Shown here: positions 51,325 to 64,000 of the stretch, piece after piece
Layout of the letters: each line of letters begins with the position of its first letter
Numbering within the stretch: the stretch's first letter is position 1
DNA from: Octopus bimaculoides
Taxonomy: Eukaryota
NCBI RefSeq assembly: GCF_001194135.2
Contig: NC_068987.1
Location: forward strand, 77,518,715 to 77,582,714
Direction of reading: 5' to 3'
Length of the DNA: 64,000 nucleotides
Program-made: the position numbers and the translations under genes
Notes under the pieces: generated by a model
What the model saw: the letters and a program-made list of their open reading frames with translations, nothing else
What the model was told of the DNA's origin: nothing
Databases searched by the model: none

Positions 51325-52437
51325 TGAATTATTTCCCTTAGTTTTTCTTTTATTTTTCTTTGTTTATGCAAATTATACTGGCCAAAAATTATAACGCTTA
51401 TCTTGACAGATAAGGCATGTCAATATAGACTCCTGGCTGATGAGATCTAATAGATCAAAACAGATCCATGGTTATTAATGACTTGTAGGGATGTGATATT
51501 TCATTACGCAACTAAAACATACTATAAAATATACCAAGTTTTTATAAGTCAATTTCATGTTTTAGTGTGTTAGCAGTGCGCTTTACAACACTTGTTGAGG
51601 TTTCTATAGAATATCTGTAGAGACATCCATAGTTGTCACTTGCCAACAAAGATCAGATTTTCTCTTAAGAATGTAAGTTAACTTGGAGAGATTAATTCTT
51701 AATTTCTTGAAATTATCTCACCTTTTCTTTTTTGATAGTTGTACCAAAGAAACAATTAATGTCTTTTAGAACACAAAATGTTAACTAATCTATGCATAGG
51801 TAAATGTGTAGACATAGCTGTGTGGTTAATAAGCTCACTTTGGAACTGTCTAGTTTCGGGTTCAATTCCACTGAATGACACCTTGGGTAAGTGTCTCCTA
51901 CTGTAGCCCTGGGCCAACCAATGCTTTGTGAAGGAATTTGATAGAAACTGTGTGGAAGCCCTTTGCATGTATATGTGTGTGTTTGTGTGCGTGTGTGTGT
52001 ATGTGTGTGTGTGTGTATGCATGTTCATTTCCTCCACCACTTGACAACCAGTGTTGGTTCATTTATATTCTTGTAACTTAGCAGTTCAGCAAAAGAGACT
52101 GAAAAATAAGCAAAAGGCTTAAAAATAAACACTGGAGCTGAATTGTTAAACTTAACCCTTCCAGGTAGTGCTCCAACATGGCCACAATTCAATGACTGAA
52201 GCATGTAAAGGATAAAAAATACACAGAAAATTACACAGAGGATGTGACCCATATGAAAAATAACGGTATTAATTAATTAATCTGATTTTTTTCTTTGCCT
52301 CATTAAGTACGATGGCCCTAATCTGATATACATACATTCAGACAGACATATAGACACACTAACAGACAAACAGACAGACAAACAGGCAAACAGACATATA
52401 ACACCAAAATGCTTAGAGCAATGTATAAAAGACTCAC

Positions 52438-52502
52438 CAACGTTTGCCATTGCACCTAAGAAGCTTAACAACAATGCAGAAACAGCTATAAGTATATACA
52501 CA
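52438..52502 (-). CDS. GH18 chitinase-like gene, exon A (signal peptide/anchor): xVYILIAVSALLLSFLGAMANV(E)
   Basis: ttttcag| acceptor, G|gtgagt donor; hydrophobic stretch; phase 1 end joins exon B (G+AA=Glu); begins in phase 2, so a start exon lies further upstream (not found). Confidence 0.75.
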
Positions 52503-52796
52503 CTGAAAATATAGTTGAGGATAACAGAAACAATTTAAAATTATAAGTGCAAATAAAATTATAAAAGCAACAACATAAAACAAAACAAAAAAATAACAAT
52601 TTCTTGCATTGCAACAGAAAAATGTAAGACTACAATTATTATTTCTTTTTTGGCTAGTTTTTTTTTTTTTTGCCACAATTTTTTTTTTTTTTTTTTTTCA
52701 AGATGAAAGTTGATTCCAGACAGATTTGAAATAGAGCATGTAGAGAACATGAAAGTAGAGGATGATGATGCTAAAATCTTCAAGACTTTTCAACAC

Positions 52797-53006
52797 TATG
52801 GTGGGGTGCTGAAAAATTCCTGGTTTTGGCTAAAAGAAAATATAAGGAGATCAGTTAATTGTTATGATTTTATTCAACATATTCCTCTCTCAGATTCACA
52901 CACTTATTGCAGTGGTCCTTCACTTTTTCTAAGCCCTGTAAAAAGTACTCAGAAGACCTTTCACAGTACCCTTAAAACCAGGAACTTTTTTCAGCACCCC
53001 CTCGTA
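52797..53006 (-). mobile_element. Mariner-derived MITE (about 210 bp)
   Basis: TIRs GGGGTGCTGAAAAATTCCTGG / CCAGGAACTTTTTTCAGCACCCCCTCGTA; carries transposase C-terminal remnant. Confidence 0.8.
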
Positions 53007-53338
53007 TAACCATTTCTATCACTAAGCCATCCTTTCATGGTGAGCTAGATGAAGGTGTTGTCCAGAGTAACAGCTAATATCCTGAAGTTTGTAACTTCCT
53101 GAAGTTTAAGCTTATAGATCACATTGGTCTTCCACAGTGTTTTCTTGAGTTATGGTGTGATATTAATAAGGAGGGTTTAATTTTTCTTGCTTTTGTAGTA
53201 TATTATTAGTTTTAATTTATGATTGGGTGTGATGTATTTTTTGTTGCATTTTATGTGGGTTTTTATATTAAATCTTCATCTTTTCAATAGTTTTTGTATA
53301 TCTGGTTCACGTAACAGATTTTAGGTGCAGTTTATGTA

Positions 53339-53763
53339 CCGTAAATCCTCAAGTATAATCCGCACTTTTTTTCCCAAAATTTAAAGGTAAAAATTTCTAG
53401 GGCGTACTATATACGAGGTTAAAAATAAAAAATATTTTCTAAGCAAAATTTTCTAAGTGATAAATATGTAAAGGCAATTTACTTAATATTTATTTTTCAC
53501 TGACGTTATTACTGTTATTTCTTTATTTTCTGCAAACAAGTGCACAAAAAAGCTACATGTTTGCATTATGTTATATATACAATAATAATAAAGGACGTTA
53601 CCGAATATACGTTTATAAACCAAGGACGTTATATAGACGTCCTTGACTCAAGTTAGAGAAGGGGTGAGTATTATACACAAGGCTTAGGTTTTTCAGAGGT
53701 ACAGCCCCCTAAAAATCCCCTGCGTATTATACTCAAGGGCGGACTATACTTGAGGATTTACAG
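53339..53763. mobile_element. pogo/Tigger-like MITE (425 bp) with TA target duplication
   Basis: TA-CCGTAAATCCTCAAGTATAATCCGC ... GCGGACTATACTTGAGGATTTACAG-TA. Confidence 0.88.
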
Positions 53764-53898
53764 TAATTCCATTAGGCATATTTTGTGACATATTTTATTG
53801 TTATCATACTACAAAACATCATTAGATAAGAAAATAAAAATACTTTATAAAATCCCCCACAAAAATAGTTTAATTATTGAAACCATAATCACATCGCA

Positions 53899-53931
<33 letters not shown>

Positions 53932-53947
53932 TGTGTGTATGTATATA

Positions 53948-54695
53948 CACGGTGCAGTGAATATTTTGTTGTCTAAATTACGCAAAACTGAAAATAACAC
54001 TGACATCTCATTTTAACATATATTTACTAAAATTACATAAAAATATCTTGAAATACTAAAAACTAAATTTATTCAATAAAATTGCCATTGGCTTTAACCG
54101 TGGTCTCCAGATGACTTTGGAATCTCCTGCAACTCTTCTGGACTGTCTCCTTGTTTAAGTTGGTGAATGCTGTCATATTCCTTGCCTTCAGTTCATCTTG
54201 GGCCCTCCTTCAACTGCGACCCACCCAAAATAATCAAGGGGGTTGCAGTCTGGAGAGTTTGGTGATCAGATGTTAGGGGTGATGTGGTCGCAGAAATTGT
54301 CTGACAGCCATGACTGGGTTCTCTTGCTTGTGTGGCATGGTGCAGAGTCCTGTTGCCAGACATAGGGTCTTCCAGCAACCACCCTCTTCACCTAGGGTAG
54401 CACTACTTCCTCCATGCGCTTGATGTAGACCTCTGTGATGTGTCTGAGGCCGTGTGGAAAGATGAATGGAGGCATAACATCGCCATTACTAGTGATCACT
54501 CCAAACATCATGATGTTGACTGGGTGTTTGATTTTCATCACTCTCAGTACATGTCCTCAGATTGACACCCAAACACTCTGAAATGTTCGTATTGGAGCTT
54601 GCAGTACAGCATGTCATGTCCAAATTTCTGGCAGAATGAATTGCATCATGATGCTGTTTTTCTCACAGACAGTGCCCAACTGCCCCTATTATACT
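53948..54695 (-). mobile_element. Truncated Tc1/mariner element (maT/DD37D-like) with transposase remnant
   Basis: VWQQDSAPCHTSKRTQSWLSDNFCDHITPNI*SPNSPDCNPLDYFGW at about 54210-54370. Confidence 0.8.
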
Positions 54696-54959
54696 ATATA
54701 GCTGACAAAATCAAAAACAAACAATGAACATGCGCGAAATTAAAAATATGAAATGGCAACAATTTACCCATCGCACTCCCCTCTCTCTCTCTATATATAT
54801 ATATATATACATACACACACACACACTATCAATAATGGTTTCAGAGAATTGTACACTTACTAAAAATATTGAAAGTGTATCACATACAGGTTTAGCAAAT
54901 TATATATATATATATATATGCATCTATGCACTACATATATTTGCATGACTATATACATT

Positions 54960-54999
<40 letters not shown>

Positions 55000-55774
55000 G
55001 TGTGTGTTGTGTGTGTGTGTGGTGTGTGTGTGTGTACATACATAGACATATCATACACATGCGCACATAAATCTAAGCTCCCTGAAACAGGTGTTGAGCT
55101 AAGAGTCTATGTGTTCTGTTCTCGGCATTCTGTATTTTTAAGCAAAATATATTTGTGTGTGTGTGTGTGTGCGTGTGTGTGTGAGTGCATGTGTGTGTGA
55201 GTGTGTGTGTGTGTGTTTATCTTACTGAATATATGTAGATATATGTGTCTATGTATAAATAGATGTGTGTGTGTATGTGTATGTCAAAACTAATTGTGTT
55301 TATTTGCATCACTAGCTCGATATCAACTTGGCTTTGATTTCTTTTAATCCTGGATGAAGAATTCTGGATGAAGAATTCATCATGGATGAACAATTTGGAG
55401 ATTAGAGCACTACTACATGCCTTCTATACAGAGCATATCCAGTGCTCAACTAGTGTCTGCGTACCCACATTTATACATGTGCGTTTGTGTGTGTGTGTGT
55501 GTGAGTGTGTGTGTGAGTGTGTGTGTGTGTGTGTGTATGATAGTCTGTGTGTGTATGTGCTTTTCTTGGACTCTGTTCCTTCCTCCTTTTCTTTCTCTCT
55601 AGACTTTTCATCTTTCTGATGAAGAGCAAGGCTTGAAACATCACTCCTATTTTCCTCATCTAAAACTTTCACTTATATTCACTGGGTATTTCTAATTAAC
55701 TTTTGTCAGCTTTTCCTGTTTTTCATTTTTGATTTGTATGTATGTATGTATGTATGTATGTATGTATGTATGTA

Positions 55775-55829
<55 letters not shown>

Positions 55830-55946
55830 GTAATTATGCAGATAAACAAATTAAATACAACAGATTGGGTTTGATATACAACATATATATCATTTGAGCA
55901 CTACTGTGTTTTCTATACCAAGAATATTTGGATCACATCTGCTGAT

Positions 55947-55990
<44 letters not shown>

Positions 55991-56606
55991 CACACACAAT
56001 ACACACATAGATAAAGTGAGAAAGAGAGAGAGAAAGAGAGAGAGAGTACAGTTCTATTATATATTCTAATAACAAGTAAAGGAGTTAGATGCAAATACAT
56101 ATTAATAGATATGATATTTATCTAAATGATAAAATTACAATTAAAGAGGGCTTATAAGGAAAAAGAAGAGAACGAGCTGTTATTCACCCTTTACTACTAC
56201 TACTACTACCACCACCGCCACTACAACTACTACTATTAAAAAAGAGGAGGAAATAAAGGAAGAGTAGGGGAAAAGGATTCCTTATTGATCATTTCAGTTA
56301 TATGCAGGTTAAAATACTGAAGGAGAGTTGTATTGCTTCAGTTTTTTTTTTATCTGTTACAATAACTGTAAAGGGAATATAGGTAAAAATTTATGCAGGA
56401 AAGTATTTTGAAGCAGAAACCTCCAAATCAATAGGACCAGAACCAGGAACATCAAAGCATCTCCTCACCTCTTCACACATTATCTATGCCAGCTTCCCCA
56501 ATATTATTGCTCTCTCTCTCTCTCTTGCTCCCTCCCCCCTCTCTCTATATATATATATTCACACACACGTACATGTATACAAATATATGTATATATATAT
56601 ATATAT

Positions 56607-56649
<43 letters not shown>

Positions 56650-58594
56650 TTACTATTATAATTGCTTTATATATAGCAATAACAACATGTGTGTTTGTCT
56701 TTCTCTATCCCTCTCTCTCTCTATATATATATACAATACATACACATACATGCATGCATACACACATACAACACATACATACATACATACACGCATAATT
56801 TAACGTCAATAAACACTATAAAGAACCACACAAAAGAAAGAAAATGAGACAAATAGCATTTTTAGTTTAACACTCTAGCATTTAAACCAGACACATGAGG
56901 CACAAATATTCTATCTCTTGTACATTCAAACTGGTCAGATCCAGTTTCTCACACCTACCCTAAAATGTCATTCTAAAATTAAACAATCACACCATCAAAA
57001 GTTTGAAGCTATAAGTTAATGCATAATTAATTCAAAACAATGTGAATAAACAAGCTTTATGTTTGACAGAGTAATATCTGAATGCTGAAGCTTTAAAGCC
57101 TGAGCAGTTGAAAGTAGAAAAAGAAGAGTCATCATCATCATCATCGTCGTTTAACGTCTACTTTCCTTGCTAGCATGGGCTGGACGATTTGACTGAGGAC
57201 TGGTGAACCAGATGGCTACACCAGGCTCCAATCTGATTTGGCAGAGTTTCTACAGCTGGATGCCCTTCCTAATGCCAACCACTCAGAGAGTGTAGTGGGT
57301 GCTTTTACGTGCCACCAGCATGAAGGCCAGTTAGGCGGTACTGGCAATGGCCATGCTCAAAATGGTATATTTTACATGCCACCTGCACAGGAGCCAGTCC
57401 AGCGGCACTGGCAACGATCTCGCTTGAATGTCTTTTCCCATGCCAGGAAGGCGATGTTGGTAACAATCATGTTCAAATGGTGCTATTTATGTGCCACTGG
57501 CACAGAAGACAGTACAGTGAGTAAAAGCGATTAAGATAGTGAGTGTCTTTAGAATGTGATAAAAATGAGAAAAAAAAAACCAAAGTCTAAAATTTAAAAA
57601 TTAAAATAGTAAAACATATGCGAGTGCTTGTGTGTGTGTAGGAGTGAGTACAGACACAGGTATGGTTGTGTGCTTATTTCCTTTTTAATACTAACACTTT
57701 CTATCAAGATAAGAAGACACTAATTCTCTCTCTCTCTCACACACACACGCACAGATATATATATATATATATGTATATATGGCACTCGTGAACAAAACAT
57801 TGGTCTCACTCCTGTGCAGGTGGCACGTAAAACACACCATTTGAGCGTGGCCGTTGCCAGTACCGCCAGACTGGCCCTCATGCCGGTGGCACGCAAAAAG
57901 CACCAACTACACTCTCAGAGTGGTTGGCGTTAGGAAGGACATCCATCTGTAGAAACTCTACCAGATCAGATTGGAGTCTGGTGTAGCCATCTGGTTCACC
58001 CAGTCCCCAGTCAAATCGTCCAACCCATGATAGCATGGAAAGCAGATGTTAAATGATGATGATGATGATGATATATACATTATCATCATCGTCTCACGTC
58101 CGTTTTCCATGCTGGCATGGGTTGGACAGTTTGACTGAGGTCTGGAGAGCCAGAGGCTGCACCAGGCTCCCATTTGATCAGGCAATGTTTCTACAGCTGG
58201 ATAGCCTTCCTAACACCAACCACTCTGAGAGTGTAGTGGGTGCTTTTTACGTGCCAGCAGCACAAGGAGCCAGTTAAGCGGGCCTGGCATCAATCATGTT
58301 CAGATAGTACTTTTTATGTGCCACTGGCATGGGAGCCAGTCAGGAGTACTGGCATCAATCACATTTGGATAGTGCTTTTTACATGCCACCGGTATGGAAG
58401 CCAGTCAAGGGGTACTGGCATCAGCCATGTTTGGATAGTGCTTTTTATGTGCCACTGGCAGGGGGGGGGGGCAGTCAGGCAGGTCTGGCATCGATCACAT
58501 TCAGATGATGCATTTTATGTACTATAAAAGGTTTCTTTCAGTTTCTATCCGTCAAATCCACTCACAAGGCTTTGATCAGCCGAGGGCTATAGAC

Positions 58595-59385
58595 TGATGT
58601 ATGGTCTATTCCAGCAATCTATAGAGGATTAAAGATAAGGAAGAGTGACAATGTTCTCAGGGCAACTATGGGCATTGACAATTATTCTTCAAGTATGGAA
58701 GTATTGTCAAACAGGCTTGTCCTAGATGCACACTGTGTGATAAAATTCGTTGTGCACACATTCAGTGTCCATGTATTGTTGACTTGAAGAGTTATGTTAA
58801 ACAGCTACTGTCACATGTAGAACAGATCTGGCTGTTAGCCAAGAGCATTGTGATGGTTGCTCCATCACTCTCTCTTAACTGGGTAAGAATGACAATTTTC
58901 CTCTGTTGACTATAGAGAAGGAGGTATAGTGAAAAAGATAGACAGGTATGAAGACAAAGACTTTCCTTCATGATAGACCTCTAATCAGCTTCTCCAAGTT
59001 TCAATCAAAAAGAAATATAAAAGGAAAGAAGGAAGCAATATCCTAGAGTGAATTTATTGAAAGATGAGTGAGAGTGGTGAAAACGGTAAGAGTGAATGGG
59101 ACCACTGTAAATATAAATCTGTAAAAGTCAGCGAATGGCAACTGGAGAAGACACCTGCCCTTGGTGATCAGAAGGATCTTGGATGGTAACGTTCTTCAAC
59201 CAGCTTGAAAGATCCTCCTATATCAGGAGGATTACAACTTCATTATTTTTTCTAATACTTTATGCCAAGTATTTCCTGAATTATTATTTTTATTATTCCA
59301 TTGTGTAAATCAACCCACTTTGTGGTTGTCTTTGAATTGTCTCCTCCATGTGCTACCCTGATGGCAAATAAAACGAACCATCGTT
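58595..59385 (+). mobile_element. L1/Tx1-like LINE 3' fragment with 3'UTR and AATAAA
   Basis: CPRCTLCDK...HIQCPCIVDLKSYVKQLLSHVEQIWL; AATAAA near 59367. Confidence 0.55.
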
Positions 59386-59412
59386 ATCATTGTCTAACTC
59401 CTCCTCCTCCTA

Positions 59413-59461
<49 letters not shown>

Positions 59462-59465
<4 letters not shown>

Positions 59466-59680
59466 GGCAGCGAGCTGGCAGAATCGTTAGCACACTGGAC
59501 AAAATGCTTAGCGGCATTTCGTCTGCCATTATGTTCTGAGTTTAAATTCTGCCAAGGGCAACTTTGCCTGTCATCCTTTCAGAGTTGATAAAATTAGTAC
59601 CAGTTACATGCTGGGGTCAATGTAATCAGCTTAATCCCTTCCCCCAAATTTCAGGCCTCGTGCTTCCAGTAGAAAGGATT
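59462..59680 (+). mobile_element. tRNA-head SINE family C (Nin-domain-like); other copies near 1040, 4100, 30720, 35100, 37300, 39120, 48100
   Basis: aaggcagcgagctggcagaatcgttagc head; tttgcct(t)tcatcctttc..gataaa..agtaccag core. Confidence 0.75.
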
Positions 59681-59705
59681 ATTATCATTATTATCATTAT
59701 TATCA

Positions 59706-59745
<40 letters not shown>

Positions 59746-59843
59746 AGGAACAATAAGAAGAGTGTGACTTATCGAATGAACAATATTTTGACACTTTTCT
59801 TATTGTTCATTTACCTTCGGAAGGAGCAACATCAATCCTTAAA

Positions 59844-59844
<1 letters not shown>

Positions 59845-59882
<38 letters not shown>

Positions 59883-60170
59883 CATTATCATAATTAGACT
59901 AGCGCATGCTAATTCTGTTAGCAGGTATTTTATCTTCAGATTTGGCAACAACATGTCTCCTAAAATCTCAGGAATTTTTTCAAAGGATTCTCGCAGAATA
60001 CAGGATGGTACTTTTCTGCAGGTCAACAATGCAAGTCTCAATTCCAATATCTTTCAGTCTTCTATGTAACATTTTTGGGTGTTGTGCCAAGTGCACCAAT
60101 TATCACATGACTAATTGCTGCCTTGGAGCTCCACAGTCTCCTCAGCTCTTTGACTAAAAGATCCTGTTAT
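59845..60170 (-). mobile_element. RLE-type (R4/Dong-like) LINE 3' end with (TAA)n tail
   Basis: ELRRLWSSKAAISHVIIGALGTTPKN..DIGIETCIVDLQKSTILYSARIL, followed by (TAA)n. Confidence 0.7.
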
Positions 60171-60287
60171 CTCTCAATTTTTCTCAACTTCCTTGGTATA
60201 AACTCTGCTATCATAATGAATAGCAAAATCTATGAACTTACAGTGTTTGTTTATTTTTATCCTCTATTATCATATCCTACTACTACA

Positions 60288-60348
<61 letters not shown>

Positions 60349-60778
60349 TTACCACTACTAAATTTATGCTGTACAACTAACAGTCTATAGCTGAAGCATA
60401 AATTACACAATTGCCTAGCAAGCCAGCAGATATTGTTGATTCAAACAACCAATAGGCTTTAAACATAATCTGAAATCATGACATTATTATTTATTACATA
60501 TGACTCATACAAACTCAGATCATTGTGCACACACATACAGATACATACATGCATGCACATATATCTTAAGATATGGAGCATTTGCTTAAGGAAATGCAAA
60601 AGGATACGCAAGTGCGAATGTGTAATTATGTATGGAAATATATGTGTATATGTGTCAGTGAGTGTATTCACAAGAATGTATGCATAATTGAAGAGTAAAC
60701 GCGTATGTATGCAAGATAATTATAAAATGGGTGATGTGTGTGTATATATGTTCATATATACCTCTCTCTCTCTATGTG

Positions 60779-60820
<42 letters not shown>

Positions 60821-61865
60821 AGTGAAGGTGTGGCTGTGTGGTTAAGTTTGCTTCTCAAGAATATGGTCTCAGGTTCAGTTTCACATGTTTATACATTTAT
60901 ATAGTTTCACATATTTATACTTAAATACACGCACACACACACACACATCATCATCATCATCCTCATCGTTTAACGTCCGCTTTCCATGCTAGCATGGGTT
61001 GGACGATTTGACTGAGGACTGGTGCAACCGGATGGCTACACCAGGTTCCAATCTAATTTGGCAGAGATTCTACAGCTGGATGCCCTTCCTAACGCCAACC
61101 ACTCAGAGTGTAGTGGGTGCTTTTACGTGTCACCTGCACGAAAACGGCCACGCTCGAAATGGTGTCTTTTATGTGCCACCCGCACAAGAGCCAGTCCAGG
61201 GGCACTGGCAACGATCTCGCTCGAAAACCCTACAAGGCCAGTCAGGCGGTACTGGCAACGGTCACGCTCAGGATGGTACATCTTATGTGCCACCCGCACA
61301 AGAGCCAGTCCAGGGGCACTGGCAACGATCTCACTTGGCTTGCCGGGTCTTCTCACGCACAGCACATTTCCAAAGGTCTCGGTCAGTAGTCATCGCCTCG
61401 GTGATACAGACAGACACAGACACACACACACTCACAAAATATATAGTTTATTTTTTACTTGTTTCAATCATTTGACTGTGGGCCATACTGGGGCTCCACC
61501 ATGAAGTGTTTAGCCAAGCAAATCCACCCCAAGTACTTATTTTTGGGGTCTGGTACTTATACTTTCAGTCTATTTTTGAGGACCAATAAGTTACAGGAAT
61601 GTAAACAAACCAATACTGGTTGTCAAGCAGTGTGGTGGAAGACAAACACATACACACATACGCACATGACAGGCTTCTTTCAGTCAGTTTTTGTCTACCA
61701 AATCCACTCACAAGGTTTTGGTTGGCTCGGGTTTATAACAGAAGACACTTGCTCAATGTACTGTAGTGGGACTGAACCCGAAACCCTTTTGTTGGGAAGC
61801 AAGCTTCTTACCACACAGCCATGCCTGCACTCATATGTATGCATGTATATATTTGTACATAGATA

Positions 61866-62083
61866 TAATTGGGGGCTGAAAAGTTCCTGGCTTTAAGGAT
61901 ATCATGAAAGGTCCAGTTGAAGGCCCAGCCTTCCAATTCTTTTACAGGGCTTACAAATGCTGAAGGACCACTGCAATAAGTGTTTGAATCTGAAGGGAAT
62001 ATGTTGAATAAAATCATAATTAACTGATCCTCCTGTATTTTCTTTAACTCAAAATCAAGAAATTTCAGCCCCGCCCCCTCATA
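61866..62083 (+). mobile_element. Mariner-derived MITE, same family as 52797-53006, opposite orientation
   Basis: GGGGCTGAAAAGTTCCTGGCTTT ... AAATCAAGAAATTTCAGCCCC; body is the reverse complement of the 52.8-kb copy. Confidence 0.75.
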
Positions 62084-63286
62084 TATATACATATATATAT
62101 ATATATATGTCTGTTAAAGTCTGTCATACCGGCCATAATGAAATACCACAAGGTATAGAAAATATGTATTCGCCTTTATATATTTAATCCTTTATATTGA
62201 ACACTCAGTATTTCATCTATTCAATAAGACATATTCCATATATTCAATAAGACATTCAATACTTTATTTCATTGTACCATCCATTTTTATTTTATATTAT
62301 ATATTGTATATTATATTATATATTGTATATTCCATATTCTATATCTCACATTGGTTTTGCAGGAATATAAATANNNNNNNNNNNNNNNNNNNNNNNNNNN
62401 NNNNNNNNNNNNNNNNNNNNNNNNNNNNNNNNNNNNNNNNNNNNNNNNNNNNNNNNNNNNNNNNNNNNNNNNNNNNNNNNNNNNNNNNNNNNNNNNNNNN
62501 NNNNNNNNNNNNNNNNNNNNNNNNNNNNNNNNNNNNNNNNNNNNNNNNNNNNNNNNNNNNNNNNNNNNNNNNNNNNNNNNNNNNNNNNNNNNNNNNNNNN
62601 NNNNNNNNNNNNNNNNNNNNNNNNNNNNNNNNNNNNNNNNNNNNNNNNNNNNNNNNNNNNNNNNNNNNNNNNNNNNNNNNNNNNNNNNNNNNNNNNNNNN
62701 NNNNNNNNNNNNNNNNNNNNNNNNNNNNNNNNNNNNNNNNNNNNNAGTGCCAGAAAGGCGATGCTGGGCACAGGTGCTATCACAATTTCACTTTCGCTTG
62801 CCCCAATAAGTCTTCGCAAGCTGAGTTTTGTGTCCAATGAAGGAGACGATGTTGGCATGGGTGCCAGTCGTCGAATTTAACTCAATTTCGATTTCACTTG
62901 CCTCAACAGGTCTTCGCAAGTGGAGTTTGGTGTCCAATGAAAGAAGGTACGCATAAGTGGACTGGGTGAGGCCTTAGATTTAGGTCTCACTTGGCTTTCC
63001 AGGTCTTCTCACGCACAGCATTTTGCAGAGTTTCTACAGCTGGATGCCCTTCCTAAACACCAACCACTCAGAGAGTGTAGTGGGTGCTTTTACGTGCCAT
63101 CAGCACAAAGGCCAGTCAGGCGGTACTGGCAACGGCCACGCTCAAAATGGTGTATTTTATGTGCCACCCACACAAGAGCTAGTCTAGGGGCATTGGCAAT
63201 GATCTTGCTCGAAAGTCCCTACACATGTCGCGGGCACAAGTGCCAGAAAGGCGACGCTGGGCACAGGTGCCATCACGATTTCGATT

Positions 63287-63530
63287 TTAGAAAAAAATTA
63301 AGGTACTCAGAAATCTGAATGGTTGTACATTTACAGATTTTTATTAATATGTCAGATGTTTTATAAATCATATAAAGCGCTTTTCACCTAGTCTTGTAGG
63401 ATTTTCAAATTTGAAAATCCTACAAGACTAGGTGAAAAGCGCTTTATATGATGTATAAAATATGTGACATTAATAAAAATCTGTAAATGTACAACCATCC
63501 AGATTTCTGAGTACCTTAATTTTTTTCTAA
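63287..63530. mobile_element. Spacer-less palindrome (foldback MITE-like), 244 bp
   Basis: Arms are near-perfect reverse complements around caaa|tttg (63409/63410), with a few mismatches and one 2-nt indel. Confidence 0.85.
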
Positions 63531-63602
63531 TATATAATTCCTGTACATCACCTTCAAACCTTCCAATATATATATATATAGGCGTATATACATAAATATA
63601 TA

Positions 63603-63766
63603 TAGGCATAGGAGTGGCTGCGTGGTAAGTAGCTTGCTTGTGAACCATATGGTTCTGGGTTCAGTTCCACTGCGTGGCACCTTGGGCAAGTGTCTTCTAC
63701 TATAGCCTCGGGCCAACCAAAGCCTTGTGAGTGGATTTGGTAGATGGAAACTGAAAGAAGCCCGTC

Positions 63767-63816
<50 letters not shown>

Positions 63817-64000
63817 ATGTATGTATATGTTTGCATGTCTGTGTTTGTCCCCCCAACATTGCTTGACAACCAATGCTAGTGTGTTTACGTCCCCGTAACT
63901 TAGCGGTTCGGCAAAAGACACCAGTAGAATAAGTCCTGGTGTCGATTTGATCGACTAAAGGTGTTGCTCCAGCATGGCCACAGTCAAATGACTGAAACAA
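63603..64000 (+). mobile_element. SINE family A copy running to the window end
   Basis: Sequence match to family. Confidence 0.85.

Noticed and set aside
56469-56480. ATGTGTGAAGAG|gtgagg as chitinase start exon
   Set aside because: It ends in phase 0, but exon A requires phase 2.

Overview
Eukaryotic, AT-rich, repeat-dense DNA with five N gaps. The SINE, LINE and MITE families and the microsatellite load suggest an octopus (cephalopod) genome; this is inference, not a database match. Two spliced protein-coding genes can be assembled by hand on the minus strand with consistent GT-AG boundaries and phases. (1) RPS16, 40S ribosomal protein S16: 6 coding exons, 20983->9810, 148 aa, with a 5'TOP/TCT start and a NAGNAG acceptor. 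(2) A GH18 chitinase-like gene: 8 coding exons found, 52502->27731, about 394 aa plus an unlocated start exon, with intact DGIDLDWE, a degenerate SxGGW motif and no chitin-binding domain. A possible first exon of a third gene lies at 8029-8080. The rest is transposon-derived: three piggyBac relics inside RPS16 introns, Tc1/mariner and pogo-like MITEs, a maT-like fragment, a HINE, a SAP-SWIM pseudo-ORF, RTE/Tx1/RLE LINE fragments, several tRNA-derived SINE families and microsatellites. The most interesting observations are a CSB-PGBD3-like in-frame exon-trap arrangement in RPS16 intron 4, inverted SINEs bracketing an in-frame 552-nt chitinase exon block (candidate circRNA), a microhomology-joined duplication-inversion, and a 244-bp spacer-less palindrome. 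None is demonstrated to be a functional new system. Most ORF-track entries are repeat or gap artefacts.
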